Assembly: GCA_044507735.1 (NCBI GenBank)
Contig: JBIQJB010000029.1
Coordinates: 1-23,728 of the forward strand
Direction: 5' to 3'
Length of the DNA: 23,728 nt
From: Nitrosopumilales archaeon
Lineage (GTDB): Archaea > Thermoproteota > Nitrososphaeria > Nitrososphaerales > Nitrososphaeraceae
Part shown: one piece after another, positions 23,611 to 23,728 of the stretch
Layout: each line of letters starts with the position of its first letter
Numbering within the stretch: the first letter of the stretch is position 1
Notes under the pieces: generated by a model
What the model was told of the DNA's origin: nothing
The model's input: only the letters and a program-made list of their open reading frames with translations
The model's database searches: none
Made by a program: the position numbers and the translations under genes

Positions 23611-23728
23611 TCACTTGACCAGTGTGGCAGTCACGCCCCGAAGGAATCCTTCTGCAGCTGTCTCTTCTTTCACGATCGCCGTCTTGATGCCTTCGCTTGC
23701 TCTGATCGTATCTCCTACGTTTTCACCT
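23611..23728 (-). CDS. Possible 3' end of a gene entering from the right edge
   Basis: Open frame GENVGDTIRASEGIKTAIVKEETAAEGFLRGVTATLVK* ending at TGA 23611; function unrecognised. Confidence 0.4.
   Translation of the reverse strand, partial: GENVGDTIRASEGIKTAIVKEETAAEGFLRGVTATLVK

Noticed and set aside
1-23728. CRISPR array or rRNA
   Set aside because: No regularly spaced repeats with unique spacers and no rRNA-like sequence seen.

Overview
Archaeal window whose gene content (leaderless-type TATA promoters, proteasome alpha/beta, SUI1, cupredoxins, BHB-intron tRNA) points to a Nitrososphaera-like thaumarchaeote (inference). Left part (1 to ~9660, visibly AT-richer): the right arm of a tRNA-Asp-integrated mobile element. 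It carries an SSV1-type tyrosine integrase fragment whose reading frame runs through the tRNA, wHTH regulators, two PD-(D/E)xK nuclease-like genes and a DUF499 ATPase / small protein / DUF1156 methylase 'restriction-like' defence operon, whose methylase is cut short by a probable IS6-like end at ~55. The tRNA-Asp(GTC) gene (9574-9714, minus) has two non-canonical BHB introns (D-loop 42 nt, T-loop 24 nt), and the integrase gene holds an inverted 27/29-nt copy of that tRNA's D-arm/anticodon arm. Right part (GC-richer, host-like): a MinD-like ATPase, a KaiC-like/TRASH/class III nucleotidyl cyclase fusion and a free TRASH protein; a VOC dioxygenase and HxlR regulator; an atypical tandem proteasome beta-alpha operon; wHTH, SUI1 paralog, cytoplasmic HtrA, an unannotated C2H2 zinc-finger microprotein, a large secreted glycoprotein-like cupredoxin lacking a canonical start codon, FMN reductase, pirin, membrane proteins and a second cupredoxin. 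A shared YGACCG-N14-YGGTCA operator-like motif precedes psmB, htrA and the FMN reductase gene.
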